A stretch of DNA of 64,000 nucleotides from Escherichia phage JY01: sequence record OR995200.1; one strand, written 5' to 3'. This document shows positions 28,078 to 38,276 of this stretch, piece after piece. Under the pieces are notes generated by a model. The model was not told the origin of the DNA. It saw nothing but the letters and a program-made list of their open reading frames with translations, and searched no databases. Made by a program: the position numbers and the translations under genes. The number at the start of each line of letters is the position of its first letter. Within the stretch, counting starts at the first letter, position 1.

Positions 28078-28265
28078 TATTCTTCTACATGTTGTTTACG
28101 ACCTTTCTTATCAATAAAGGTATATTCAACGAATGCCCCAATGTAGTCTTTATCTACATCATGTGGACTATTAATTGGACATTTAGTACGGCAAATGCGT
28201 TCCCATTGACGAATAATTACTGCTTTGTTTTTAGGATCAAACGGATGTGGGTAATGCACTTTCAT
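28053..28265 (-). CDS. Hypothetical protein
   Basis: 70-aa ORF. Confidence 0.4.
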   Translation of the reverse strand: MKVHYPHPFDPKNKAVIIRQWERICRTKCPINSPHDVDKDYIGAFVEYTFIDKKGRKQHVEEYCLKVTWL

Positions 28266-28716
28266 AATCCACCACTATTAAATCAATATCAGGAGTAAAC
28301 ATGTCGATTAATTTAGAAACCTTATCCCAATCGCCGCCAGCAATACCACAACCTATGCGTGGAATGTAAATTACCGGTTTAAACAAAAGGGTTTCTGCCT
28401 GTAGATTTAATTCTATCATGCAGTTTACTAAAGCACCATAATCAAGATTAGGACCTGGTTCGTATTGCGTATACAGGTTATAGCATATACCAAATCCCGT
28501 AGGACTATGTTTAAAAACAATAGACATATCGCCTAATTTATCGCGAGAACCGTACTCAGTAGTGGTTTTATCTATTTCTAAAATTTTGGGATAGGCTCTG
28601 GCTAATTGACCCGCTACACCTGAACCCATAGTATGAAAACAATTGCACCCGTGCGCAATAATATTACCTTCAAGAAAGAGGGCGACAATATCGCCCTTGA
28701 TATATTTTACAATCAT
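28237..28716 (-). CDS. Macro-domain protein (putative ADP-ribose binding/hydrolase)
   Basis: 159-aa ORF with macrodomain-like motifs (HGCNC…GSGVAGQLA and GCGIAGGDW). Confidence 0.6.
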   Translation of the reverse strand: MIVKYIKGDIVALFLEGNIIAHGCNCFHTMGSGVAGQLARAYPKILEIDKTTTEYGSRDKLGDMSIVFKHSPTGFGICYNLYTQYEPGPNLDYGALVNCMIELNLQAETLLFKPVIYIPRIGCGIAGGDWDKVSKLIDMFTPDIDLIVVDYESALPTSV

Positions 28717-29054
28717 CTAGTACTCAATCCTCGATTATAAGAATCTACCAAACGGTCAACCATTGAATGACAAGCGGCTTTATCTTTCTCCTCCGCAACT
28801 GAACATTCTAAGGTATTCCACTTTTTAGCATATCGTTTTAACAATGTATCATTTTTGTATCTGCTTGATTTATCTCTTTCTCCGTCTTTATATGCATATA
28901 TTAATTTCTGCGCAAATTCAGCTTGGCATGCTTTATTTTTCCCGCAATAATCCGCTGCAGTACGGTTTACATACTCTCTAATTTCAGTATATGATGTATC
29001 TGCTAACGCAGAAAATGAAATTAATCCTATACATAAAACCAAAATTTTAGTCAT
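28713..29054 (-). CDS. Putative secreted protein (vs position)
   Basis: 113-aa ORF with N-terminal signal peptide (MTKILVLCIGLISFSALA) and 4 Cys. Confidence 0.5.
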   Translation of the reverse strand: MTKILVLCIGLISFSALADTSYTEIREYVNRTAADYCGKNKACQAEFAQKLIYAYKDGERDKSSRYKNDTLLKRYAKKWNTLECSVAEEKDKAACHSMVDRLVDSYNRGLSTR

Positions 29055-29592
29055 TTACTATTTCCAAAAGTTTATTATTTTTAAGGTAATTAGCCTTTTC
29101 TAGGACTTCAGAAGCATATTTAGAACCTGCTTTAACATTCCATCCCGAATTATAAGAGGATATTGCTTTTCTTATATCGCCCTTATGTATATTTAACCAA
29201 TAAGAAAGTTCAATGTACGCCCAGGAAGCTGAATTGGACCGTTTATTCAACATTCTTTTTATTTCAGCATCGGTCATATTATAACCAAGTTCCTTAACTC
29301 TTGCTCGCATAGTAGGCAAATAATTTTGGAACATTCCGTAGGCGTGATGCTTTGGTTTAGATTTTAAATTAACTCCGCCAGAGCTTTCTTGCCATAAAAT
29401 GGCTGCCATTATATGACCTAATCCGCTCTTGTGGATATTTTTGTGTGTTTTATATTTTCCATCCTTAGAAAATTGTTCCCCGAATTGATACGCGTAACGC
29501 ATGTTATCGAGTTGGACATTACTGAAAGTATGCTCGGAGCTATGTGCCATCATTGAAATGGCCAATAGACCAGCGAGTAGTGCTTTTCTCAT
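29047..29592 (-). CDS. Putative periplasmic lytic-transglycosylase-like protein (vs.1 position)
   Basis: 181-aa ORF with signal peptide and WQESSGG motif resembling the catalytic Glu-Ser region of lytic transglycosylases. Confidence 0.55.
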   Translation of the reverse strand: MRKALLAGLLAISMMAHSSEHTFSNVQLDNMRYAYQFGEQFSKDGKYKTHKNIHKSGLGHIMAAILWQESSGGVNLKSKPKHHAYGMFQNYLPTMRARVKELGYNMTDAEIKRMLNKRSNSASWAYIELSYWLNIHKGDIRKAISSYNSGWNVKAGSKYASEVLEKANYLKNNKLLEIVND

Positions 29593-29599
29593 GCTTACC

Positions 29600-30061
29600 T
29601 CATTGAGTTTTAATTACTGCTTTAGAAGCCTTTCCTGGTAAACGACGACTGTTGATAATTGCCATCCTGCATTGGAGTGACGGGTCTTTGAACTTCTCAT
29701 TAGGTTTACAAACTGTAAATCCAAGCCAAAGATTTCCATCTGTGATTTCTAAACGTCCAGGACGATATTCAACCCCATCAATAAAATCCTCGTCAATGTC
29801 AGGACGCGGAGGCATACTCAGGAATTCATTAACTTCTAAAACATGGTCTTTTATTTTGTGGAATAATTCAAAAACATATGTCTCATCAATCTCCCGTTGA
29901 ATTGCACGATCAAGAAGATGTTGAGAATATTTTAGATGAAACGATGAGACTCCTGCTGCTTTTGATGCCTCACGAATCTCATTGTTAATTTGACGAAACT
30001 CCGACTCAAAATGACGACGAAGCTTATTTCGACGGATAAAAACTTCTGTATTGATAGTCAT
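29600..30061 (-). CDS. regB: Endoribonuclease RegB
   Basis: 153-aa ORF recognised as T4 RegB (MTINTEVFIRRNKLRRHF…). Confidence 0.9.
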   Translation of the reverse strand: MTINTEVFIRRNKLRRHFESEFRQINNEIREASKAAGVSSFHLKYSQHLLDRAIQREIDETYVFELFHKIKDHVLEVNEFLSMPPRPDIDEDFIDGVEYRPGRLEITDGNLWLGFTVCKPNEKFKDPSLQCRMAIINSRRLPGKASKAVIKTQ

Positions 30062-30088
30062 GTTGTTCTCCTCTTAACTGATAGAAAA

Positions 30089-30118
30089 ATTATACCACAG
30101 TCAAGAGGAAAAGTAAAC
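30089..30118 (-). promoter_or_regulatory. Early promoter for regB
   Basis: Minus strand: GTTTAC, 17 nt, tgtgGTATAAT, about 28 nt upstream of regB ATG. Confidence 0.65.
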
Positions 30119-30120
30119 AG

Positions 30121-30399
30121 TTATTCTTTAAATCTAATCAATTTATTCATAGACTTTGAAACTTCTGCACGAACCTCATGTAAGTTTTTAAGCTGTTCAA
30201 GACGCTGCTCATAGTAAGCAATTTCATCTTCTTCGAGACAGTCCTGTGAATCTTCTTTAAGATAACGTGCATAGTCCTGAAAAGCTTTACGGACTACTTC
30301 CTGGAAGTCATCAAGACTTTGAATTTTCTTAGGAGCGACAGATACACGACGAGGTGCAGTATAATACTCATAACCAAACCCTGCACTTAATTGAGCCAT
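30121..30399 (-). CDS. Hypothetical protein
   Basis: Track ORF trimmed to internal Met. Confidence 0.45.
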   Translation of the reverse strand: MAQLSAGFGYEYYTAPRRVSVAPKKIQSLDDFQEVVRKAFQDYARYLKEDSQDCLEEDEIAYYEQRLEQLKNLHEVRAEVSKSMNKLIRFKE

Positions 30400-30665
30400 T
30401 AGTATTTTTCCTCTGGTTTGAACACTGCACGACAAGCCCACATACTGGCTTCTTTGAGTTTCGTTTTAGCAATAGTTAACTGATCGAGGCTTTCAGCATA
30501 ATTCTTCGCGAGTTCATAGTCTTCACAGCTATCAAATGCTTCCCAAAATTCATCGTATAAAGCATCAAAGATAAGTCCTAAACGAACTTCAGCGTCTTTG
30601 ATAGCATTCACTTTACCGATTTTCTCTTCAGTATGCGGCTTATAACCTTTAATGTCTTCAATCAT
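30399..30665 (-). CDS. Hypothetical protein
   Basis: Track ORF trimmed to internal Met. Confidence 0.45.
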   Translation of the reverse strand: MIEDIKGYKPHTEEKIGKVNAIKDAEVRLGLIFDALYDEFWEAFDSCEDYELAKNYAESLDQLTIAKTKLKEASMWACRAVFKPEEKY

Positions 30666-30879
30666 ATTTGACTTCCTCACCAGTACATAAATCATATTCA
30701 ACTAAACGAATAGGTTCATGAATGCCATATCCCTGAACAGAAATTTCTGTAGTAGGATAAATTCCATCAATATCACCCATATTCCACGCTTCGTTAAATT
30801 GCTGTTCGCCTGAATTACTAAACCACTCGGCGAAAGCATTTAGCACATCTTTAGAACCTTCAATAATTATCTTTGCCAT
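30658..30879 (-). CDS. Hypothetical protein
   Basis: 73-aa ORF abutting the GrcA-like gene. Confidence 0.45.
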   Translation of the reverse strand: MAKIIIEGSKDVLNAFAEWFSNSGEQQFNEAWNMGDIDGIYPTTEISVQGYGIHEPIRLVEYDLCTGEEVKYD

Positions 30880-31241
30880 TACAAACTCTCGGTGAAGGTA
30901 CGAGCGATAACGTCGCGCTGCTGTTCCGGAGTCAGAGAGTTAAAGCGAACTGCATAACCGGATACACGGATGGTCAGCTGCGGATATTTTTCCGGATGCT
31001 TAACTGCATCTTCCAGAGTTTCACGACGCAGAACGTTAACGTTCAGGTGTTGACCACCTTCAATTTTAACTGTAGGCTGTGGCTCAATTTCAATTTCACG
31101 GGCATGCAAACCGTAGAAAATTTCTGGGTCTACAAAAGAGTCCTCTTTAAAGGTTTTAGAGACAATAATTCGTGCTTGAATACCATCTTCAAAATAAATA
31201 GTGCCTTTATGTGTGCCTTCAAGAATTTGATATGCTTTCAT
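30879..31241 (-). CDS. Autonomous glycyl-radical cofactor (GrcA/YfiD-like)
   Basis: C-terminal about 70 aa recognised as near-identical to E. coli GrcA, including the glycyl-radical motif RVSGYAV. Confidence 0.8.
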   Translation of the reverse strand: MKAYQILEGTHKGTIYFEDGIQARIIVSKTFKEDSFVDPEIFYGLHAREIEIEPQPTVKIEGGQHLNVNVLRRETLEDAVKHPEKYPQLTIRVSGYAVRFNSLTPEQQRDVIARTFTESL

Positions 31242-31248
31242 ATAAACC

Positions 31249-31578
31249 TCAATTAGAAAATAAATTTATCCAAGATTGTTCTTTAATTAAAAATGGCTCA
31301 GCATCATATGCCATTAAACTTTGGGTAATTAATCCTTTAAAAGGTCCATCAATAAATTCCATGGTAAAATATGGAATTTTATTCATTAGCCGTGCATTAG
31401 GAGCAGTACACAAAACTCTGCATCCTTTGAATACACCTTTTTGTAATTTGTATTGCTTGGGATAAAATTCGCTCAAAATGTTATTATTTGCCAAAATTTC
31501 AAAATGATTCACCAATTTATTTTTAATAGTTTTTGGCGAAAAATAAAGATATTCGAAAAGCTGTGTGTCTGTCATCAT
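31249..31578 (-). CDS. Hypothetical protein
   Basis: 109-aa ORF. Confidence 0.45.
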   Translation of the reverse strand: MMTDTQLFEYLYFSPKTIKNKLVNHFEILANNNILSEFYPKQYKLQKGVFKGCRVLCTAPNARLMNKIPYFTMEFIDGPFKGLITQSLMAYDAEPFLIKEQSWINLFSN

Positions 31579-32165
31579 TGCATTCCAATCACAAAAAATT
31601 GAGGACGAACTGTTTCACCTGTTTCAGCATTATAGCTTCGACAACAGTGTTGTACCGTTTTAATATGGATATTGTAAATCTTATCCATATCAGGAGCTTT
31701 AATAGGTTCGTCAATTATGTACAAGATACGAGAAAGCGATAACCCACGGAATTTATGACCTTCATTACCGATAAAACTACGGACAGAATCAGTAAATAAA
31801 CGAAAACGTATATCATCATTAGAATAACGCGAAAATTCCTTTTTAATGTTATTTGCAGAAATTTTAGCGTAAGCTGAAGTATTAGAAAGAACAATAACTG
31901 TTCCGCCATCATACAGCCAATTAGCAGCAAAGTTAGTCACAGCAATTGATTTACCGGATTGACGTCCACCATCTATACGAAGTGTGCAGTACTGTTTGAG
32001 CACATCTTCCATTGGTGGAAGATAATCATTCTTACAAATTTCTTCTACTCTAGCATCAGAATGGTGTGTAAAAGCATTCATCAGGGATAGATAAGGACCA
32101 GTTAAAAATGTTCTCATTTTATTCTCTCTAAGTTTGGGCCATTCCGTGGCGCATGAATTGTCCAT
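31575..32165 (-). CDS. Hypothetical P-loop protein
   Basis: 196-aa ORF with Walker-A-like GGRQSGKS. Confidence 0.5.
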   Translation of the reverse strand: MDNSCATEWPKLRENKMRTFLTGPYLSLMNAFTHHSDARVEEICKNDYLPPMEDVLKQYCTLRIDGGRQSGKSIAVTNFAANWLYDGGTVIVLSNTSAYAKISANNIKKEFSRYSNDDIRFRLFTDSVRSFIGNEGHKFRGLSLSRILYIIDEPIKAPDMDKIYNIHIKTVQHCCRSYNAETGETVRPQFFVIGMQ

Positions 32166-32258
32166 TTCTGTATTTACCCATTACCGCACTTGGGCTCGAC
32201 CTTATCACAGGTTGGCGGGAATCCCTCACAGAATCATGAGGTCCAGGTTGTTCCCATA

Positions 32259-32732
32259 TTATTTGAACGATTTAACGTACTGAATAGAACCCTTACTATT
32301 CACAAAGGCAATTTTACCATTTTTATTATACATGGTAGCAGTACGCTGATAACCATAGGTTTGTTTACCAGATTGATAACCAACTAATGCAAAATTATCT
32401 TCACCCATTTTATTCTGTTTAGCGCGAATGCGTTCATGACCATGTGCCATAAGAACCTTAGCATCACCAGTTGCAATGGATCGACGAGTTTTTTCATCTT
32501 CAACTGCATTAACAAAGTCGTCAAATGAATCAAATTTAGCATGAGATTTATTATACAATTTTCCATCTACTGCATAATTATATCCCTGTACATCCATCTC
32601 AACTTCTGTACCATCATCCAATACAGCAGTAATTTTTTGACCTTTTTTAAATTTCAAAAGATCAGTAAAAGATTCAGCAATAATTTGAGAATTAATAGCT
32701 GCTTCAGTGATAAATTCTTGATATGTTTTCAT
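32259..32732 (-). CDS. Internal-protein-like head protein with capsid-targeting leader
   Basis: 157-aa ORF starting MKTYQEFITEA, the T4 internal-protein leader type; late promoter TATAAATA about 35 nt upstream. Confidence 0.6.
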   Translation of the reverse strand: MKTYQEFITEAAINSQIIAESFTDLLKFKKGQKITAVLDDGTEVEMDVQGYNYAVDGKLYNKSHAKFDSFDDFVNAVEDEKTRRSIATGDAKVLMAHGHERIRAKQNKMGEDNFALVGYQSGKQTYGYQRTATMYNKNGKIAFVNSKGSIQYVKSFK

Positions 32733-32741
32733 GTGTTTCCT

Positions 32742-33158
32742 TTAAATGTAAATATTTTTACCGTAGTATTTATACCAGTGTGGCTTCATTAAAATTTTTT
32801 CATCGAGTCGTTGTTGACTCAATTTAATAGCTGATTTGCATGGATTATAATCATTTTTCCATTCTGCTGGAATATCGCTGATGTCAGGAACTTCAGTATC
32901 TTTTATATTGAACCCACGTTTTAAGCATTCCGTTATAATGTCTGATTGACGCTTTCGCAAAAATTCTAACTTATCGTAAAAGAACGTAACATGACCAGAG
33001 CCTAAAATAAACTCGGAAGATATTTTAAAATCTTTAACCCGCTTACCATTTGCCACATGTTTACGAACTATACCAAAAACGCGTGGCAATTCACGGTATT
33101 CTGCGATTAAATGTTGATCAGCAAGTTCAGATACTAAAGTCAAATTAATACGAGTCAT
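32742..33158 (-). CDS. denV: Endonuclease V (pyrimidine-dimer DNA glycosylase) DenV
   Basis: 138-aa [20 protein letters not shown]…; recognised as T4 DenV but visibly diverged. Confidence 0.9.
   Translation of the reverse strand: MTRINLTLVSELADQHLIAEYRELPRVFGIVRKHVANGKRVKDFKISSEFILGSGHVTFFYDKLEFLRKRQSDIITECLKRGFNIKDTEVPDISDIPAEWKNDYNPCKSAIKLSQQRLDEKILMKPHWYKYYGKNIYI
32767..32774 (-). promoter_or_regulatory. Late promoter (gp55-type TATAAATA)
   Basis: TATAAATA on minus strand about 35 nt upstream of the internal-protein-like gene at 32732. Confidence 0.65.
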
Positions 33159-33182
33159 TTTATCCCTCCAAGTAACTGTGAA

Positions 33183-33213
33183 TATACTATCACAATTCTA
33201 GAAGAAAGTAAAC
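33183..33213 (-). promoter_or_regulatory. Early promoter for denV
   Basis: Minus strand: GTTTAC, 17 nt, tgtgATAGTATAT; SD GGAGGG before denV ATG. Confidence 0.55.
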
Positions 33214-33217
33214 AACT

Positions 33218-34186
<969 letters not shown>

Positions 34187-34205
<19 letters not shown>

Positions 34206-34675
34206 TCAGTGATAAAATTATTTAAATTTTGAGTATATTTCTTTTCATCAAAAATCTTTTGCTGCCTACGTAACCGCCATGGCATTTCAATGAACACGCA
34301 CCATATTCCTGATAGTACTGCTGCTGTAAAAATATTAACAAGTATAATTAAAAGAATCCAATCTTCCGTTCTGCCTACTGGACTTTCTCCAAAGAAGCAA
34401 AATACAAATGATGTCACAGGAAAACTAATAATATACCACAGAATAACCTTCTTATCTGTGAACCAATCAGCGTTCGTTAACTTAGCGCGACCATTATGAA
34501 TACACACGAATTTATCATCTGTTATAATAGATGGCTTAGCTGCTTGATATCCCATTCTAAACTCCCTAATCAACAAATTTTTCATATCTTCAGAACAACC
34601 ATTCCAGTCAACTCTATCAACTGAAATGCCATCATCCCCATCATCTAAATCATACCAGCGAGTTTTTAAAATCAT
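34187..34675 (-). CDS. Hypothetical membrane protein, paralogue family member 1
   Basis: 162-aa ORF with TM segments and C-terminus …NNFITECRKLK. Confidence 0.5.
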
Positions 34676-35046
34676 TTAATTTTCCTACAATCACTCACAA
34701 ACTCTTCCATTGATTCTTTTTCAATATAAGACATGTAGCTATTATATTCCTTTAATTGTATTTTGTAATCTTTTTTTCTTTGCCAATTTATTTTAAAATT
34801 ATCATAATGAAAATATAACATGGTACCAAAGAATGAAAATAATGAAATCGCTATAGTATAATGAAGTTCACTCCAAACTTCTATTATATCTATTATACCG
34901 CTGACGTTACTACGGATGTTTAAAATAAGACAGTCAATTAACAATCCAAAAAGACTACCCGCAAGAGCTGCAGCCAACGCTACAGCAAAAATTAAAAATG
35001 ACTCAGGAAGAGAATATTTGACTTTATTTAGTTTTGGCTTTTGCAT
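34672..35046 (-). CDS. Hypothetical membrane protein, paralogue family member 2
   Basis: 124-aa ORF with TM segments and C-terminus …EEFVSDCRKIK. Confidence 0.5.
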   Translation of the reverse strand: MQKPKLNKVKYSLPESFLIFAVALAAALAGSLFGLLIDCLILNIRSNVSGIIDIIEVWSELHYTIAISLFSFFGTMLYFHYDNFKINWQRKKDYKIQLKEYNSYMSYIEKESMEEFVSDCRKIK

Positions 35047-35441
35047 CGTGATTCCTTAACAAATTTCATAATTTCATCAAATTCATGCGCAGCAAGTTTA
35101 AGCTGATGTTCCTTTTTAATCTTTTTACACTGAGCTTTCCAATCACGTACACGTTTACGATAGTGTCTTCCTTGATACCAATATCCTATCCAATTTATAG
35201 GTACTAATAAAAGCGGAACTACCAACGGAAGAATTAGTGTTGCTCCAAATATTGCACCAGATTCAATATCAGTCATAACGTCTATAACCATTCCAGCAAT
35301 CACCAGAATCACAAATGATACAACTACCACAGGACCTATTAACACATCAGTAGAAATTATCTGACGCTTTAATTCATACTTCAACGGTTTACTTGGAAGG
35401 TATAGTGATGGTTTTGACATATTCTCTACATTCCTTAACAA
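35028..35441 (-). CDS. Hypothetical membrane protein, paralogue family member 3
   Basis: 137-aa ORF with TM segments and C-terminus …AQCKKIK…FVKESRCK. Confidence 0.5.
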   Translation of the reverse strand: MLRNVENMSKPSLYLPSKPLKYELKRQIISTDVLIGPVVVVSFVILVIAGMVIDVMTDIESGAIFGATLILPLVVPLLLVPINWIGYWYQGRHYRKRVRDWKAQCKKIKKEHQLKLAAHEFDEIMKFVKESRCKSQN

Positions 35442-35997
35442 ATTTTTCTAATAATAAATCGCTTTCAAAATTGGGATTTTCTACGAATTTATCAAAAAGA
35501 TCATCGACAATAGTTAAGATATTCTTTTTACTAAGAATACGTTTATTTTCATATTTTGTTTCAGAGTCAACTATAAGAGTAAAGAAATATTTCTTGCCCT
35601 GAAATTTTACAGTAGTATCAATATAGAATAAATTTGACTTTTGTAAATTACGTTTAAACCATGCATCACTTAAACTATAAACGCCAAGATAATCATAATC
35701 GTCGTTTAAATAACAGACCGTCCATTCAGGAGAAACAAAATCAGTAAATTCAACGTCAAAATCGCATGTTAATAAATGAATTGATTCAATACTGTTAATA
35801 AGTATTCCAGGACGTATTAAAGACTTTTTACCTCTAGAAAATCTTCCAGAAAGATTTTCAACAGTTTCATATGAAGAACCCCAATAATAATTACGTCCTT
35901 CTGCCATACGTTTAAGAGCATTTAATAATTGGTCTGGAACATCAACCTGTCTTTGGAACTCTTCAAACATTGAATTGAAATCACTTTGCATTTTCAT
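35389..35997 (-). CDS. Hypothetical protein
   Basis: 202-aa ORF. Confidence 0.5.
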   Translation of the reverse strand: MKMQSDFNSMFEEFQRQVDVPDQLLNALKRMAEGRNYYWGSSYETVENLSGRFSRGKKSLIRPGILINSIESIHLLTCDFDVEFTDFVSPEWTVCYLNDDYDYLGVYSLSDAWFKRNLQKSNLFYIDTTVKFQGKKYFFTLIVDSETKYENKRILSKKNILTIVDDLFDKFVENPNFESDLLLEKFVKECREYVKTITIPSK

Positions 35998-36017
35998 TCC
36001 TACTTACTCCAAGTAAT

Positions 36018-36033
36018 AGGGGCCGAAGCCCCT
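36018..36033 (-). other. UUCG-tetraloop hairpin between two early genes
   Basis: Minus strand AGGGGC-UUCG-GCCCCU; no U-tract. Confidence 0.5.
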
Positions 36034-36038
36034 TATCA

Positions 36039-36632
36039 TTATTTCAGAGAATTAATATATTCCTGAACATCGGCAGAGGTAGTTTCAACCCCAGAAATAT
36101 TACCATTAAAGGTTTCAACTCGAGCAAGAGTATCTTCAATATCAACCTTAGTCAGTGCTGCAATTTCAACTACATCATCAGCAGTACTAATTCCAAGGGC
36201 ATTCGCGGCGCGAGTTTCACGGATATATTCCAATTTAACTGCAAGTTCTTGGCGAGCATCATCTAACTCAACTACTTTCTTGGCGATTTCAATTCGCATT
36301 TCAGCATAACCATCAGCTTTAGTAGTCAACTGCTCAGCTGTTCGACGATATAGTAAACCAAGTTTAGCATGCATTGTTACATCTTGACCTTCCGAAAGGA
36401 GCTTGCGAATTTCACGCTCTTTTGATTCGGCCTGCTTATTCTTTTCGACAATAAGTTCACGAATACGCTTTTCTTCATTAATAGATTTAACAGAAGCAGT
36501 TTTTAGATCTTTAATTTTATCAAGCAATTTTGCTGCTGCGGCAGTATACTGCTCTTCAACAGATAGATTTTTAGCCATAGCAGAACCAAGTTTAGTGCGA
36601 ATAAACTCAACAATTTTCTTCAGTGTGTTCAT
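36039..36632 (-). CDS. Hypothetical coiled-coil protein (tentatively PspA/IM30-like)
   Basis: 197-aa largely alpha-helical, charged heptad-rich ORF; the PspA resemblance is impressionistic. Confidence 0.5.
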
Positions 36633-36674
36633 AGTATTTCCTTAGGTTGATTAGAAATTAAAATCTGCAGAAGA

Positions 36675-36704
36675 ATTATATCATGCTACTTAAGAGATGT
36701 AAAC
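36675..36704 (-). promoter_or_regulatory. Early promoter
   Basis: Minus strand: GTTTAC, 18 nt, TATAAT; upstream of 36039..36632. Confidence 0.5.
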
Positions 36705-37194
36705 TATTTTTAATTTTACAAATTCGTTCAGCTTCTTCAACAGCGGCAGTGATAATGCTTTTAGCTATAGGAGTACTAATACTAGTAGCTTTTACACTTA
36801 ACACGATTTCTTTATCTTTACCAGGCCAACCCCACGATTTTTCACCATGGGTGCCTTTAATTACAGCAGACACCTCAAGTGAGCATCCATTATCGCATGT
36901 TTTTACATTAACAACCCAAGTGTCACTTTTCTCAACCGGTTTATCCCAGTAAATATTAAGAATACGTGGAACATCAAATTTAGCAGGGCAAATCTTAACC
37001 GTAAGACCTTCGCTTTCTAGCCAATTAATAAGAGGGCGTTCATACATGCGGCGATGTGGGCTTTGAACTCGACAAGCTTTGTACCCATTGCTTGCGGCTT
37101 CACTAAGCTCTTCTAATACCTGCTTTTGCATTATTGATAAGATACCATCAAAAGATTTTTCGGAAGTTTCATTCAGTTCGGTATAAAGAGACAT
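36676..37194 (-). CDS. Hypothetical protein
   Basis: Track ORF trimmed to MSLYTELNET, which is preceded by GAGGAAA. Confidence 0.5.
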   Translation of the reverse strand: MSLYTELNETSEKSFDGILSIMQKQVLEELSEAASNGYKACRVQSPHRRMYERPLINWLESEGLTVKICPAKFDVPRILNIYWDKPVEKSDTWVVNVKTCDNGCSLEVSAVIKGTHGEKSWGWPGKDKEIVLSVKATSISTPIAKSIITAAVEEAERICKIKNSLHLLSSMI

Positions 37195-37211
37195 AACAGT
37201 TTTCCTCAAAT

Positions 37212-37250
37212 TATAGGCTCATAATATCTCAATCATGAGCCTATGTAAAC
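37212..37250 (-). promoter_or_regulatory. Early promoter with -10 region bracketed by inverted repeat
   Basis: Minus strand: GTTTAC, ATAGGCTCAT gattgagATATTAT GAGCCTAT. Confidence 0.5.
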
Positions 37251-37514
37251 TTATTTCATATTATTGAAATATTCTTCTGCGATTTCGTCGTTATCATGGT
37301 AAACTTTAGAAGACAGTTTAACATAACCTTCAGCAGTGAACATGTTAATCACAACCTTTACAGTATACCACTGACCATCTTCATTACCCATTACTGCATA
37401 GGTTTCAAACATCGGATGATCAGGACCGATAACTTTAATATCATTCACCGTACGACCGAAATCTTCTGAAACACATTTCATAAAGAAGTTGAACAGTTCA
37501 CCGTAATTATCCAT
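37251..37514 (-). CDS. Hypothetical protein
   Basis: Track ORF trimmed to MDNYGELF; upstream GGAG belongs to the promoter/UTR module. Confidence 0.45.
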   Translation of the reverse strand: MDNYGELFNFFMKCVSEDFGRTVNDIKVIGPDHPMFETYAVMGNEDGQWYTVKVVINMFTAEGYVKLSSKVYHDNDEIAEEYFNNMK

Positions 37515-37556
37515 TTCATTCTCCAAGTTGTTTTCTGTATCAGTAGTTGATAGTTG

Positions 37557-37587
37557 TATAGTACCATAGAAGAACAGGGATGTAAAC
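37557..37587 (-). promoter_or_regulatory. Early promoter with conserved 5'-UTR module
   Basis: Minus strand: GTTTAC, 17 nt, ctatgGTACTATAC AACTATCAACTACTGA. Confidence 0.6.
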
Positions 37588-37715
37588 AGTTTTGTGAAAA
37601 ATTTTTAAAAAGTTTTGGGGAATTCTAGGGCAGGGAGGGGAAATCAAAGGATAGGATAATATATTATAAAGGGTAGAAACTAAATGATGTCTAGAGAGGC
37701 CTGGAAAGGCCTAGA

Positions 37716-37747
37716 TACCAAAAAGCCCCAACCTTTCGGCTAGGGCT
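37716..37747 (-). terminator. Rho-independent terminator downstream of the internal-protein-like gene
   Basis: Minus strand stem AGCCCUAGCC/GGUUGGGGCU with GAAA loop followed by UUUU. Confidence 0.6.
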
Positions 37748-37754
37748 AAGAATG

Positions 37755-38228
37755 TTATTTGATTTGTTTAGCAGACCAAATGCGGTCTTTAATAATTTTT
37801 TGGATATCTTCAACATACTCAAGAGAGTGAGCATGTGGGTTATCTTTGAAACTATAAGCACGAGCTAGTTTTTGGCCTTCAGTTTTGATTACTAAAAGCT
37901 CTTTAAGGATAGCTTCATATTTGGAGATAATTCCTTTAACAATATTTTTCTCTTGTGCGACTTTAGGATCTGCTTTAGGAGCAGGTTTACCCGAAGCCTT
38001 TGCAAAAGCAGCGCCAGTAGCAACTAAACTTTTCCAGGCCATACTAACTGCATTTCCCGTAAATCCTTCCGCTTTCATGTCGCGTGCGAACTGGAATCGT
38101 GATTCATCAGAAGCATCTTTGTAAGAATATTTACCCGCTGCAATGGCTGCTTTTGCGACAGCTTGAATTTCGGTGCTAGATGCTTCATTTAACACCGCTT
38201 CATTTAAAAATTGAGTATATGATTTCAT
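37755..38228 (-). CDS. Internal-protein-like head protein with capsid-targeting leader
   Basis: 157-aa ORF starting MKSYTQFLNEA; late promoter upstream; terminator hairpins on both sides. Confidence 0.6.
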   Translation of the reverse strand: MKSYTQFLNEAVLNEASSTEIQAVAKAAIAAGKYSYKDASDESRFQFARDMKAEGFTGNAVSMAWKSLVATGAAFAKASGKPAPKADPKVAQEKNIVKGIISKYEAILKELLVIKTEGQKLARAYSFKDNPHAHSLEYVEDIQKIIKDRIWSAKQIK

Positions 38229-38268
38229 CTTATTTCCTGTTTTAATTCGTGGATTTAATATACTACTA

Positions 38269-38276
38269 TATTTATA
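38269..38276 (-). promoter_or_regulatory. Late promoter for internal-protein-like gene
   Basis: TATAAATA on minus strand about 40 nt upstream of ATG at 38228, right after the terminator U-tract. Confidence 0.65.
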
